From Octopus vulgaris (lineage: Eukaryota), in assembly GCA_951406725.2 (NCBI GenBank), contig OX597827.1, positions 8,184,001 to 8,248,000 on the forward strand: a stretch of 64,000 bases of DNA, given 5' to 3'. The number at the start of each line of letters is the position of its first letter. The stretch's first letter is position 1. Positions 38,890 to 51,811 of the stretch are shown here, one piece after another. The translations under genes were made by a program, and so were the position numbers. The notes beneath the pieces were generated by a model. The model was not told the origin of the DNA and did no database searches. It saw only the letters and a list, made by a program, of their open reading frames with translations.

Positions 38890-39697
38890 GAGAGGGACGG
38901 GGTTAATGTGGTGATGTTGATTATATAATATCAGTAATATTACCTGGAAAAATAGCTCGAGAATGAATTCTGCATATTCAATTCAAATAATGTATGATTT
39001 CACATATGTAACATTATGAGTTAAAAAAACTTGAATTAATTGAAATTAAATATGAAATTAATAGACTATAACTCCTTCTAAGTGGGGTTAAAATTTAAAA
39101 CAATATGCAAGGAAGCTGGCATCATTGAAAATGCAGCACAAGAGAAATGACGTGGATTTATTCGAATATATGCACTCTACTTTTTGTATAGAATTTTTAT
39201 CATTGCTTATAAACATTAAATGTTCACCAGCCTCTTCTTGCACATATACATGCACACATGTGCACACACACATACGCATGTGTGCTCACACATGTACACA
39301 TACATGTACTCACATACACACACACACACATGTGTGTGTATATGTGTATATATATATACATATATATATATGGATTTTAAAGGATCATAATATTAACAGT
39401 TATAAAATTTATTCATTCAATATAGAACATGCTCCCCTGCATTAGCAACTCCAGAAGCCAGATCTTCTGTAATTTTAGGGAAAAAAATTGAATTAGGGAA
39501 TTTTTGAAGATGCTTTCCTCAATATTTATTGAGGGATTGCCAAATACTACTTGGCTCAAATATTTTATTTCTCATAATGTATTCACCATTCCCAGAAAGA
39601 CAATCATTAAACGGAGGAAAAAAAACATTCAGTTATTCATGAATGCTTAAACTACATTAACGATTGCCACTTTATAGCTTCCTTTGTTTTGTATATA

Positions 39698-40085
39698 GGG
39701 GAGCACTCCGTCGGTTACGACGATGAGGGTCCCAGCTGATCTGATCAACGGAACAGCCTGCTCATGGAATTAACGTGTAAGTGGCTGAGCACTCCACAGA
39801 CATGTGTATCCTTAACGTAGTTCTCGGGAGAGATTCAGCGTGACACAGAGTGGGACAAGGCTGGCCCCTTGAAATACAGGTAGAACAGAAACAGGAAGTA
39901 AGAGTGAGGGAAAGTTGTGGTGAAAGAGTACAGCAGGGATCACCACCATCCCCTGCCGGAGCCTTGTGGAGCTTTTTTAGGTGTTTTCGCTCAATAAACA
40001 CTCACAATGCCCGGTCTGGGAATCGAAACCACGATCCTACGACCGCGAGTCCGCTGCCCTAACCACTGGGCCATTGCGCCTCCAC
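39698..40085 (-). mobile_element. SINE family D
   Basis: TSD tgttttgtatata at 39685-39697 and 40086-40098. Confidence 0.92.
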
Positions 40086-40806
40086 TGTTTTGTATATACG
40101 AAACTGAAGACATGAGAATATCACTTGTCTTTGCATATGAATTCTTTGTGTGACAATTAAATAGATGCATACATTTCAATACACATTTCAAATGGTGGTG
40201 CCCCAGCATGGTCACAGCTTGTGAGCTGAAACTAAATAAAATAAAAAAATAAAAATAAAATAAAATGTAGCTAAGAAGTTCACTTTTCAGCCACGTGGTT
40301 ACACGTTCAATCCCAGTGCATGACACCTTGGTTACATGTCTTCTAAAATAGCTCCGAGTTGGCCAATGCTTTGTGAATGAATTTGATAGAGGGAGACTGT
40401 GAAGAAACCTATTATACATAAGTGTATATGAATGTGTGTGTGTGGCTTTATGCTTGTGTTTGTCTCCACCACTGCTCGACAAACAGTGTTGGTCTGCATA
40501 CATCTCCAGCAAAAGAGACTAATATATAAGTACCAGACTTAAAGACTAAACACTCTGATTAATTTGCTTGACAAAACATTTCAAAGTGAGGCTCCATCAT
40601 GGCTGTAGTCAAATGATATATGTGTGACACATTTCCAAACGATTTTCCAGCATCCAATTAAAACTTGATAACCAATAATATTCTGATGTGTTTTTGAATA
40701 TTTTTGCTTATACAATGTTACACTGCCTCTCTGCTTTAGTCATTTGAATAACCGGGGACATGAAATTCAGTGTTACAGCTCAATAAACTTCATCTATTAA
40801 GTTATA

Positions 40807-41207
40807 GGCGCAGGAGTGGCTGTGTGGTAAGTAGCTTGCTAACCAACCACATGGTTCTGGGTTCAGTCCTTGGGCAAGTGTCTTCTGCTATAGCCCCAGG
40901 CTGACCAATGCCTTGTGAGTGGATTTGGTAGACGGAAACTGAAAGAAGCCCGTCGTATATATGTATATATATGTGTGTGTGCATGTATGCTTGTGTGTCT
41001 GTGTTTGTCCCCCTAGCATTGCTTGACAACCGATGCTGGTGTGTTTATGTCCCCGTCACTTAGCGGTTCGGCAAAAGAGACCGATAGAATAAGTACTGGG
41101 CTTACAAAAGAATAAGTCCCGGGGTTGAGTTGCTCAATTAAAGGCGGTGCTCCAGCATGGCTGCAGTCAAATGACTGAAACAAGTAAAAGAGTAAAAGAG
41201 TAAGAGT
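40807..41207 (+). mobile_element. SINE family B (small deletion after the B box)
   Basis: Colinear copy. An older degenerate copy precedes it (~40265-40615) and an inverted 3' fragment follows (41343-41483). Confidence 0.88.
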
Positions 41208-41716
41208 ATACACTTTGTATATTGAGTACTTTTGCCTTCATTTCTAAACCAATGTTTTTCAACTTTTTCATACACATGCACATACAAAATGGCATGTTCA
41301 TTCTGTTATATCAATTTTTTTTTTTTTTTCAGTAAAAGCTAAACTCTTACTCTTTTACTTGTTTCAGTCATTTGACTGCAGCCATGCTGGAGCACCGCCT
41401 TTAATTGGGCAACTCGACCCCGGGACTTATTCTTTTGTAAGCCTAGTACTTATTCTATCGGTCTCTTTTGCCGAACCGCTAAGAGACCGGATATTATTTT
41501 CACTTGTTAGGCATTTGGTTTATATCTTTAATTATTAATTTAGTATGTTTAAGGTAGCAAGCTGGTAGAATTATTAGCAAGATGGATAAAATGCTTAGAT
41601 GCATTTCTTCCAGTTCTGAGTTCATATTTCACCCAAAGTTGACTTTATTTTTCATTCATTCAGAGTTGATAAAATAAATATCATTTGAACACTGAGGTCG
41701 ATGCAATTAACTAATA

Positions 41717-41951
41717 CCTATTTCTTTACTGCTCACAAGGGCCTAAACACAGAGGGGACAAACAAGGACAGACATAGGTATTAAGTCGATTACATCGACC
41801 CCAGTGAGTAACTGGTACTTCATTTATCGACCCTGAAAGGATGAAAGGCAAAGTTGACCTCGGCGGAATTTGAACTCACAACGTAACGGCAGACGAAATA
41901 CCGCTAAGTATTTCACCTGGCGTGCTAATGTTTCTACCAGCTCGTCACCTT
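41717..41951 (-). mobile_element. SINE family C nested in an older opposite-strand C-like copy
   Basis: TSD aattaactaatacc at 41705-41718 and 41960-41973; host copy ~41551-41712 plus ~41974-42015. Confidence 0.85.
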
Positions 41952-42508
41952 TAATTAGTAATTAACTAATACCCTTCCCTGAAAACTGTTGGCCTTGTGC
42001 TGAAATTTGAACCATGTTTTTGTTTGTTGGGTGTGTTGTATCACTGAATATTCTGTCATTTTTTTTTTCTCTTGTTTGCTACATTTTCTTGATTATTACC
42101 ATACTGCTATTTTAACTGTTTGCCATACAGTATCTACCTTCTTTGTACTATCATTGTGCTGGAGTCAGTATTGATTGAGGTGGTGTTCTGTCTAGTGTTA
42201 TTGAATATAAATTTGGGATATTGTCATGGTATCTTTTCCATTGTCCGTTCATTGGACATTTTGCTTTTAGTTGCAGCTTCTGTAAAATATTGTTCTATAT
42301 AGTTAGTATTGACTGTATTAGTGACCTACCTACCAACAATGATGTCCTACAAACTACAATATCCTACCTCCTACTACAGGTAGTATAGCATGTGTGCTCA
42401 AGCTAACCAATGTAGAATGACTGGCTAGCCAGTCATTCTAATAGCTACTGTCTCCTTACTATGGATCTACTTCTATTTCGTCACCAAATATTAAATGTGT
42501 CTGTAGAT

Positions 42509-43095
42509 TTCACCAATTTTCAAAAATAAATTTATTCTGAGGCCTGCAGTGTAACATTACTTCATGGTGGAGGCGCAATGGCCCAGTGGTTAGGGCAGCG
42601 GACTCGCGGTCATAGGATTGCGGTTTCGATTCCCAGACCGGGCGTTGTGAGTGTTTATTGAGCGAAAACACCTAAAAGCTCCACGAGGCTCCGGCAGGGG
42701 ATGGTGGTGATCCCTGCTGTACTCTTTCACCACAACTTTCTCTCACTCTTTCTTCCTGTTTCTGTTGTACCTGTATTTCAAAGGGCCGGCCTTGTCACTC
42801 TCTGTGTCACGCTGAATATCTCCAAGAACTACGTTAAGGGTACACGTGTCTGTGGAGTGCTCAGCCACTTACACATTAATTTCACGAGCAGGCTGTTCCG
42901 TTGATTCGGATCAACCGGAACCTTCATCGTCGTAACCGACAGAGTGCTTCCAACATTACTTCATGTCGCCTGTTCAGTAGACATAATTTGTGTAAAAGCT
43001 ATATTTTTTCTGTTGTGCAAAGAGATCATATCCCAGGATTATCCATTATTGCCCAGCATATATTTGTACTTTCCTCTCTTAGACTTCAAACGGGT
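42509..43095 (-). mobile_element. Penelope-like GIY-YIG C-terminal remnant, split by SINE D
   Basis: Removing the SINE and one TSD gives in-frame V*SLREE..ICWAI..I*SLCTTEKI..LLNRRHEVMLHCRPQNKF, matching the IW.LK..I.W.I..C.LC..EK..LLNKR.E....CRH.NKF motif. Confidence 0.7.
42567..42951 (+). mobile_element. SINE family D
   Basis: TSD aacattacttcatg at 42553-42566 and 42952-42965. Confidence 0.92.
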
Positions 43096-43190
43096 CACCA
43101 TAAAGGCATAGGATTCCTTCAATATGTATTGCAGAATAAATTGATATATGCACATGATATATCTATGTAGCTTTTACTATTTTCTTTTTT

Positions 43191-43597
43191 ACTCTTTTAC
43201 TTGTTTCAGTCATTTGACTGCGGCCATGCTGGAGCACCGCCTTTAGTCGAGCAAATCGACCCCGGGACTTATTCTTTTGTAAGCCCAGTACTTATTCTAT
43301 CGGTCTCTTTTGCCGAACCGCTAAGTGACGGGGACGTAAAAACACCAGCATTGGTTGTCAAGCAATGCTAGTGGGACAAACACAGACACACAAACATATA
43401 CACACAAATACATATATATATATATACATATATACGACAGGCTTCTTTCAGTATCCGTCTACCAAATCCACTCACAAGGCATTGGTCGGCCCGGGGCTAT
43501 AGCAGAAGACACTTGCCCAAGATGCCACGCAGTGGGACTGAACCCGGAATCATGTGGCTGGTTAGCAAGCTACTTACCACACAGCCACTCCTGCGCC
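43191..43597 (-). mobile_element. SINE family B
   Basis: Full-length copy. Confidence 0.9.
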
Positions 43598-43861
43598 TAT
43601 CTCAATTATTCTTTCTAATAATTTTTTCATCAGTGTGACCTTTCTTGTTGTGCTGTTGCCATGGAGTTTGCTTCTTTTTAAAGCAATTTTTATTCAACAA
43701 ATTAAAGCAATGCCTTCAAGCAATTTACACTTACCAGGCATTGTTCTGATCTGTTATAGCTTCATATGTTTCCTGTGGGTGTTTTTGATAATTGTTTTTG
43801 GTTTCTTGCACGTCTCTAGTTTACTTTTGTATAGCTTCTAATATATAACTTCTTATATATA

Positions 43862-44746
43862 CGTGGTCTGATCAATAAGTATCAGGACTGTTGCTATAGT
43901 AACAAAGCTAATGCACGGAGAGTGAAACTGCTTTGTGCAAATTGACCCTAAACTCTGTTGTGCACGCACACTAAGTTTCAATGTTCTAGCTCACTTCTAC
44001 TGTTTACAGCAGTGCTTGGAAGGAAGGTGTGTAGCGTGTGATCATAGCATTGGCCCTGACAGAGAACGTTGAGCAGAGAATCTGCATCAAATTTTGCCAA
44101 AAGCTTGACGATACCTGCTCAGAGGCCTACGCAAAGTTTTCATAGTTCTTGACATAATCATGGAGATCCTGTGCAACTGAAACCTGAGTGACCTTTTGGT
44201 CAGCTGCAAACAGTTCTGGCACAAACTTGGCACATATGCATCTCATAACCAAATCTTCAGCGATAATGGACTGATCTGAACCATAACTAATCTGGACATC
44301 CTCTGATAACTCACGGATGGTGATTCGATGATTTCCCCTCACAGCTGCATGCACATTTGTGATGCTTTTCTCATTTTTGCTGGTTGCAGGTCTCCCAGAA
44401 CTTTTGTCAATATCGGAATTTTTTTCAGTCACCTTCAAAATATCTGAACCACTTGTACACTTGTGTGTGACTCATACATTCCTCTCCATACACTTTCTCC
44501 AACTTTGCATAGGCCTTTGAGCAGGTGTCATGATGACTACTCTCTCTGTCATGGTCAATGCAACGATCACACACTACATACCTTCCTTCCAAGCACTGTT
44601 GTAAGTAGTAGATGTGAGCTAGAATGTTAAAGCTTAGTGTGCATGCACAGCAGAATTCAAGATCAATCTGTGCCAAGTGGCTTCACTTTACGTGCTTTAG
44701 CTTCATTACTATGGCAACAGTTTGGAGACATATTGATTAGACCTCG
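43862..44746 (-). mobile_element. Fold-back non-autonomous mariner (two inverted 5' ends)
   Basis: TA|CGTGGTCTGATCAATA...TATTGATTAGACCTCG|TA. The minus strand encodes the N-terminal HTH region (QVYKWF..SGRP..RITIREL..AKFVP). Confidence 0.88.
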
Positions 44747-44784
<38 letters not shown>

Positions 44785-45162
44785 CAGGAATACTAGATGT
44801 TAAATCTTTTTCATTTCCAAATTTATTCCTGTCGAATTTTACCCATTAATTTTATGGTTTACAGAACCTAGCTGTTCTCTCTAATGTGTTGAATTTCACA
44901 CTAAGTGAATTCCTTATGTGTATAAATATGCACTATATCGTATAACTAATATATAGTCTTCTTGACTAATTTTTTTGCACGTTAGACCACTGGAAATGTA
45001 AATTTTGATTGAATATTTTAAATTTAATTAAATTACTTTTCCCTTTGATATGATTATATATATATATATATAAGGATAAGATCGTTAATTTAAAAATAAA
45101 ATAACGATTTTATCAAGTGGTCAGCATGGAAAAAAATAACCTTCAAATGTAATTATTAATAA

Positions 45163-45261
45163 AATTATAAATTAGGGTATCTACGAGATACCACCATTTT
45201 GAAGAGATTGTGGCTGCTATTTTCAGCATGGTGGTATCTCGTAGATACCCTAATTTATAAT

Positions 45262-45262
<1 letters not shown>
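45163..45262. repeat. Inverted repeat, 35-bp perfect arms
   Basis: 45163-45197 vs 45228-45262. Confidence 0.95.
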
Positions 45263-45298
<36 letters not shown>

Positions 45299-45317
45299 CT
45301 TTTCTTTTATCTGTCAC

Positions 45318-45806
45318 TTGTTTTAGTCATTAGACTGAGGCCATGCTGGGGCACCACCTTGAGTTTTTAGTTGAATGAATCGACCCAGTACTTTTTTTTT
45401 AAGTGTGGTATATATATTCTTTTATTATTTTACTTATTTCACTCATTTGATTGCAGCCATGCTGGAGCACTGCCCTAAAGAGTTTTACTTGAAGAAATCA
45501 ATGCCAGGACTTATTCTTTGTAAGCCCAGTACTTATTATATCGGCCTCTTTTACTCAACCACTGAGTTACGGGGGTCAGAAATACATCAACATCAGTTGT
45601 CAAGCGATTGTGGGGCCACAAGCTCAGATACAAAGACCCACACACTATATGTGTTTGTGGGCTTCTTTCAGTTTCCATCTACCAAATCCACTCACAAAGT
45701 ATTGGCTGGCCTTTGGCAATAGTGGATGATACTTGCTCAAGGTGCCGCACAGTGAGACTGAACCTGAAATAATGTGGTTACAAAGCACACACCCTTACTT
45801 GTGCCT
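45318..45806 (-). mobile_element. SINE family B, diverged, with a duplicated 3' portion
   Basis: Two GCCATGCTGG(G/A)GCAC tail motifs (~45340, ~45455) followed by a degenerate body and head. Confidence 0.7.
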
Positions 45807-46627
45807 ATATATATATATATATATATATAGTTTGGAAGTTTTAGAAAGTCTTTTGTTATGTAAGACTAAAGACTATGTAGAATTGGACAATGTTGCTTTT
45901 ACTCAATTCTGTTTGATTTTTGCTTTGTGCGCCTTTGGGAATTGCACACACACACACACAGACAGACACACACACGCGCATCAAGTCAGCATTATTTTAT
46001 TCTGTAATAAATTTCCATTAATGTGGTATTACTGTTTTCCTAATTTTGTAAAAATTAATATTAAAAACTAAATAGAATGTATGAATATAACTGTGTGCTT
46101 TTGATGTTAATACATTGAATATGTGTAAGATATCACAGTTTCATATCCTCTTTGAAATGCATGGATGTACAGGCTACTTCATATGGAAATGAGCATAAAT
46201 GTATATAAGATGACATTGTTATAAGTCATGTTAACATCTGAAAATATATCTTACATCTATTCTTCTTTTGTAGCTTCTTTTGTATTACATATTGAAACAA
46301 CCATCCTACTTAAACCATTAGACTCTTTTGGAATATACAAAAATCAGACATCAAACATTAATATATTTTAATTGCTTACAGCCAGAGTGACAATAACACT
46401 TTTTCTCAATTCTTTTCTGACATATGAAGAGCAAGCCTTTAGACATTAAGTTCTATATGCTTCATGGCAATTTGATTTATATAATTCTTCCATGAATTCC
46501 TACTAATTGTTGCTAGTAGATACCATTGGCAGTTGTCTAAGATTTTACATTTTACTTTGTATTTATAAGTACTCATCAGTAAGTGAATATAAAAGAGAAA
46601 TATTTAAGTTGCCTATACATAAATAAT

Positions 46628-46959
46628 CTGAGACCCCCTTCGGTCATGGGATTGCACCTAGAAAGTTACTCTCCCAGGCACAAGTCTGGGCAAGGTTGTT
46701 TATGAAAGACCACCAGTCGCCCATGCATACCAGGCTCCCCTCCTTTCCATGCCACTGATGTTATCCAAGGGAAAAGCAAAGGGCCGACACAGCTTGGCAC
46801 CTGTGATGTCGCAACTCATTTCTACAGCTGAGTTAACTGGAGCAACGTGAAATAAAGTGTCTTGCTCAAGAACACAACACACAGCCTGGTCCAGAAATCG
46901 AGCTCACAAACTCACGATCGTAAGCTCGACACTCTAACCACTGAGCCATGTGCCTTCAC
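46628..46959 (-). mobile_element. SINE family E (tRNA head, TTGAGCAAGACACTT core)
   Basis: A-box TGGCTCAGTGG; TSD acataaataat at 46617-46627 and 46960-46970. A related degenerate piece lies at ~36140-36395. Confidence 0.8.
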
Positions 46960-46999
46960 ACATAAATAATATTGTTGTTGTCATCATTGTCATTATTCT

Positions 47000-47201
47000 G
47001 CGAGTTGGCAGAAACGTTAGCACGCCAGTCGAAATGCTTAGCGGTATTTCGTCTACCACTACGTTCTGAGTTCAAATTCTGCCGAGGTCGACTTTGCCTT
47101 TCATCCTTTCGGGGTCGATAAATTAAGTACCAGTTATGCACTGGGGTCGATATTGTTTGTCCCTTCTGTATTTAGCCCCTTGTGGGTAGTAAAGAAATAG
47201 G
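47000..47201 (+). mobile_element. SINE family C
   Basis: Colinear copy with an internal deletion. Older degenerate copies at ~30535-30692, ~50125-50340 and ~57640-57845. Confidence 0.85.
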
Positions 47202-48365
47202 TATTTACACTGGAAGCATTGGTGCCACTGTAGGCCATGAATGGTTTTGACAACATTGTTATCATCATTATCATAGTTGTTGTCATAATCATCATCATCA
47301 TTGTTATTCACTTTTCTAACTGCCATGGGTTGGAGGGTTAAACAGGCTCCGACAGGTAAGAAAACTCCCTTTTCTTTCAATGTCTCAGTTTTGGCATGTT
47401 TTTTCTACGACTGAATGTCCTTCCTAATATCATTCACTTGCAAAGTGTACTGCATACCTTTATTTTCATGACTTGGTATTTGTAATTTGCAAGTCTAAAG
47501 GACCCCTTGACTGAGAAGGAGATGGTGTTATGTAAGGTGTTTAGAAATTAATAGGAACAGCTTCATTCGTGTGTGTATGTAAGTGAGTGTGTCTATGTAT
47601 GTGAGTATGTGTATGTGTGCTTGTGCATATGACTATATAGATAATTATATATAAACAATTTAAATATGAATGTACACACTTATCGGTGTAAGAAATAAAA
47701 AATAGATGTTAAGTAATATTTTGGTTTTAAATGTAAGCTTAACTGGAGATAGAATCTTGTAAATATTTACATTTCAACGAGCAAGGGAAATCTTTAAAGA
47801 TTTCTCTTTTTTTTCTTTAGTTCTCCAAAATTTTAAATTTTGGATTAACTAGATATGGTTCCATAAACCAAATTCAGGTTGGGGTGGGCAGTAATAACAT
47901 TTAAAAAAAACCTTAGTAGTGAAGAAATTTGAATTTAATTTGAAATTCTATAAAAACTGAAAACAAACTTTGAATTAATAAAAAAAAAATTAGATTTTAA
48001 TTTAATTTTTACATAAAAAAAATTTACTCTTTTTTTTTCTAGTTTTGGATCCCAAAACATTCATTTTATCAAATCAAAATTTCAAAGTATGCAGGAAAAA
48101 AGGCATCAGGAATCTGAATTAAAATTCTTGCTGTTTTCAATATATTATCACATTATTAATAGTAACACACATGAAATTACAAGCCAAACTAAAGACAACT
48201 TTACATAAACCATTCTGTAGATGAAGAACTACAATATTTGACTCTAAACAAAATACTGGAATGAAGATGCATGTGGCATTTTTTTAGTGGGAATGAATCT
48301 AAGAAAGTTTTTAAAATATCTATTACCAAATTCTCACTCAAATCCTTAAGAAACGTACTAATCTT

Positions 48366-48585
48366 CCTTTCGTTACCAACCCAGCCAAAACCGGCTCTGG
48401 CTCTGTAGTACAAATGTCCTGTTTTCATAAGTTTTGCATGAAAATATACCACCAAACCTTAGTTGCAATTTATATTCCTAATACTAGCTTAATGATAACT
48501 AAGTTATTTTACTAAATTCTTTGTTATATTTAAAGTAATTGAAAGAAACACTGAGCATCTCAAAATAAATACAGTAACGAAAGGG
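48366..48585. mobile_element. piggyBac-type MITE (same family as 19018)
   Basis: CCTTTCGTTAC...GTAACGAAAGGG|TTAA; colinear with 19018-19237. Confidence 0.8.
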
Positions 48586-48794
48586 TTAAGAAAGAAATTC
48601 CTGAAAAACTTCAAACCATATAGCACTTGATTATCACAAAGACCACAAAAGGAGGTTTGATGTCACACATCTACTTACCTTTGTGGTCTTTTTGTACCTC
48701 TTTTACCAGAGATTTCTTCATATATGGCAATATTTGTTAGTTTCAACATACTGTGTTACGTGACAAAACCACATCATATCCTACAACTTAGCAA

Positions 48795-49655
48795 TGGATC
48801 TTCTATCGAAATGTTAAACGTCATAAGCAGTGGCTTGGTAAAAGGACAAAGCTCAATCACAACCAAGAAGGGAACTTCACAGGAAAAAGAATTCTTCTCT
48901 CTATCTGGTGGGATTGCAAAAAAGTAATTCACTTTGAATTGTTACCACCTAATGCAACAATCAATGCTCAAGTCTACTGCCAGCAATTAGAGCATTTGAA
49001 CTAAGCTTTGAAGAGAAAAAGAACTGCTTTAGTGAATCGAAAAGGAGTGATGTTTCATCAGGACAATGCACGACCCCACACTGCAAAGATCACATCACAG
49101 AAGATCAAAGAGCTTGGTTGGAAAAAACTCCCCATCCACCTTATTCATCCGACGTTGCTCCTTCAGAGTACCTTTTGTTTCATAGTTTACGGAATCATTT
49201 GGGGGACATAACTTGCGCAAGCCAGGAGAAGTTCAAAACTGACATTTCAGAGTTCTTCACTTTGAAACCGAAAGAGTTTTACATTGATGGGATTTAAAAG
49301 CTTGTAAATAGATGGAAGGAAGTCATAGATAATCAGGGAAAGTACATTAACCCTTTAGTGTTCAGATTATTCTATCAAACATAATGCCTATTGATTCCCA
49401 TTGATTTGAATTAATCATGCATTATCTCATATCTTCAAGATCTTGATGGTGTAATTACTTAATGTAGAATAACATTGTAGGGTAGGTGTGAGAGCCTGGA
49501 TCTGGTCAGTTTGAACATAAAACAGATTAGCTATTTTGGCCGGATATGGCCGGTTTAAATACTAAAGGGTTTGATTAAATTTCAATTATATATGACATTT
49601 GATCACTTGTTCTCTGTATTCAAAATTCGGAGAGAACTTATGGGAAGACCTGATA
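48795..49655 (+). mobile_element. Mariner transposase remnant with 3' TIR
   Basis: WIFYRNVKR..IWWDCKKVIHFELL..VYCQQL..FHQDNARPH..PYSSDVAPSEY; ends GAACTTATGGGAAGACCTGATA; interrupted by a TTAA MITE. Confidence 0.9.
49351..49569. mobile_element. piggyBac-type MITE (second family) inside a mariner
   Basis: TTAA|CCCTTTAGT...ACTAAAGGG|TT. Confidence 0.75.
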
Positions 49656-49686
49656 AATATATATATATGTACAAATACATAATCCT

Positions 49687-49808
49687 CATCATCATCATCA
49701 TCACCATCATCATCATCATCGTTTAACGTCCGTTTTCCATGCTAGCATGGGTTTGACGGTTTGACCGGGGTCTGGGAAGCCAGGAGGCTGCACCAGGCTC
49801 CAGTCTGA
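49687..49808 (-). mobile_element. SINE family A, short 3' fragment
   Basis: Same (CAT)n-CGTTTAACGTCCGTTTTCCATGCTAGC tail. Confidence 0.8.
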
Positions 49809-50562
49809 CACACTCACACATATATGTATGTATATACAATAGGCTTCTTTCATGTTCTGTCTGCCAAAAACCATTCACAAGGCTTTTGGTTGGCCTGTGG
49901 CTATAGTTAAAAACAGTGACACACAATGGGACTGAACCTGAAACTCTGCTGTTGGGAAGCAAACTTTTCAACCACTCAGCTATGCTTGTTATAAATAGTA
50001 AAAAAAAAGTAAAACTGGAAAAATTGGAGTAAAACTCTATAGAAAACTACTGGCAGAACAACGAAAATAAACTATTCCTTAGTAAATAACAGATGATCAT
50101 TGCAGGTAGTAATTATTGTCCTTAAGTGGAGTGGATTGGCCAAATCATACGGGCATCAGACAAAATACCTCGCAATATTTGCTTTGTCTCTTTACATCCT
50201 AAATTCAAATCTCACAGACATCAGCTTTGCCTTTCATGCTTTTGGGGTCATAAAATAATGCAGCAATCAAGTATTGAATCGAATGGCATCAGTTAACCCC
50301 ACTTCCCTAAAATTGCTGGTCTTGTGGATAAATTAGAATTAGGTAGTGTCCTAAGTAGTAGGCAAACACTAGGGTCCACATAATGAATTGTACTCTACCA
50401 CTCCCTGTTGAGGCATTGTGTTTGCTTACCTAGAAATCAATTAGCACTTACAGATAAGCTCAATACTTTTGGCAGAATAAAAAATTTTAATAGCAATAAT
50501 AAATCTCTGAACGAGATGTAAACAGTAACCGCTCGACAACGTAAAGTATACTAGCCATCTCA

Positions 50563-50831
50563 ATATGGCTAACCACTAAGGATGGGTGTTACTGTAGCTT
50601 TTAGCCCGAGGAGATCATCGTCTCCAGCTGGCTTTAGGCACACTTTCTGTGCTCTTATGATATTTGCAAAGGGAGGTCATCCCTCTCTCGTTTTACGGTT
50701 TACGAGAGAGGGATGGCTTCCCTTTGCAAATATCATAAGAGCACAGAATGAGTGCCTAAAGCCAGCTGGAGATGATGATCTCCTGGGGCTAAAAAGCTAC
50801 AGTAACACCCACCCTTAGTGGTTAGCCATAT
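50563..50831. repeat. Long palindrome/fold-back element, ~130-bp arms
   Basis: ATATGGCTAACCACTAAGG...CTCTCTCGT[tttacggttt]ACGAGAGAG...CCTTAGTGGTTAGCCATAT. Confidence 0.95.
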
Positions 50832-51417
50832 GGAAAATTTTAAAAGATTGCTTATTATCCTGTTTGGTAATGAGTATTCTAGATTAATATTTTAGAAACT
50901 ATATGTAATTTTTTTTTTTTTTGTCAATATTGTTTTATATCAGATTCAAAATAAATTTACAAGTATGGAAGCCAACAATTTAATAAATATTTTTGAAATT
51001 GTGTAATGAAATGTCAGACCTTTTGTAATAGGAAAATGATACAAAGAAGTCTCTCACTTGATTCTTCTTTATTTCCTTTCAGACAAGAATATGCTTTCAA
51101 ATTATTTTCTAGGGTCTCAAATCTTTCAGTCAAACTTTGATATCGTATCCTATCATCAAATTTATATAATTTTCTCTTTCATGCCATCTGTGTGTCTTTC
51201 TTTATACATGAGAAAACTAAATATAAATATGAGAATTAATAATATGGAACTGACAGCATAATTACCACATGATACCATACAAATGCTTTTGTTTTTTTGT
51301 TTTTAATTTCAAACCTGATATGTTGTTTGGTTTTTGTACATATTAAATAAAATAAAATGTCAAATACTGTATACCACCATCAGTAACATACTACTACTAC
51401 TAATAATAATAATAATG

Positions 51418-51483
<66 letters not shown>

Positions 51484-51811
51484 TTAATAATGAAAATAAT
51501 AATAGTAATAATTCAACTGCAACAACAACAATGACATTTAGTCAACATCACCAAACCACCAATCACTACAAATAAAAACAATAACAATAATAATTACAAA
51601 AGCAATTCACAAAATATTTACATTAAAATAATGAAAACTCTCAACTATGTTAACACTAAACTAATTCATAAATTAATTTACAGGAAGCAGTAAATTAATA
51701 TAGTCTTTTTTTTTTTTTGCTTTAGAAAATGCAAACTATTTTATGAAATTTATTTCTTTAACTTGGAAAGCAATTATCTTTTCATATTCAAAAGTAATTT
51801 TTCTTTGTAGA

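Noticed and set aside
42567-42645. tRNA genes (also the heads of families B and E)
   Set aside because: The tRNA-like heads continue into a shared SINE body with TSDs; no proper acceptor stem.
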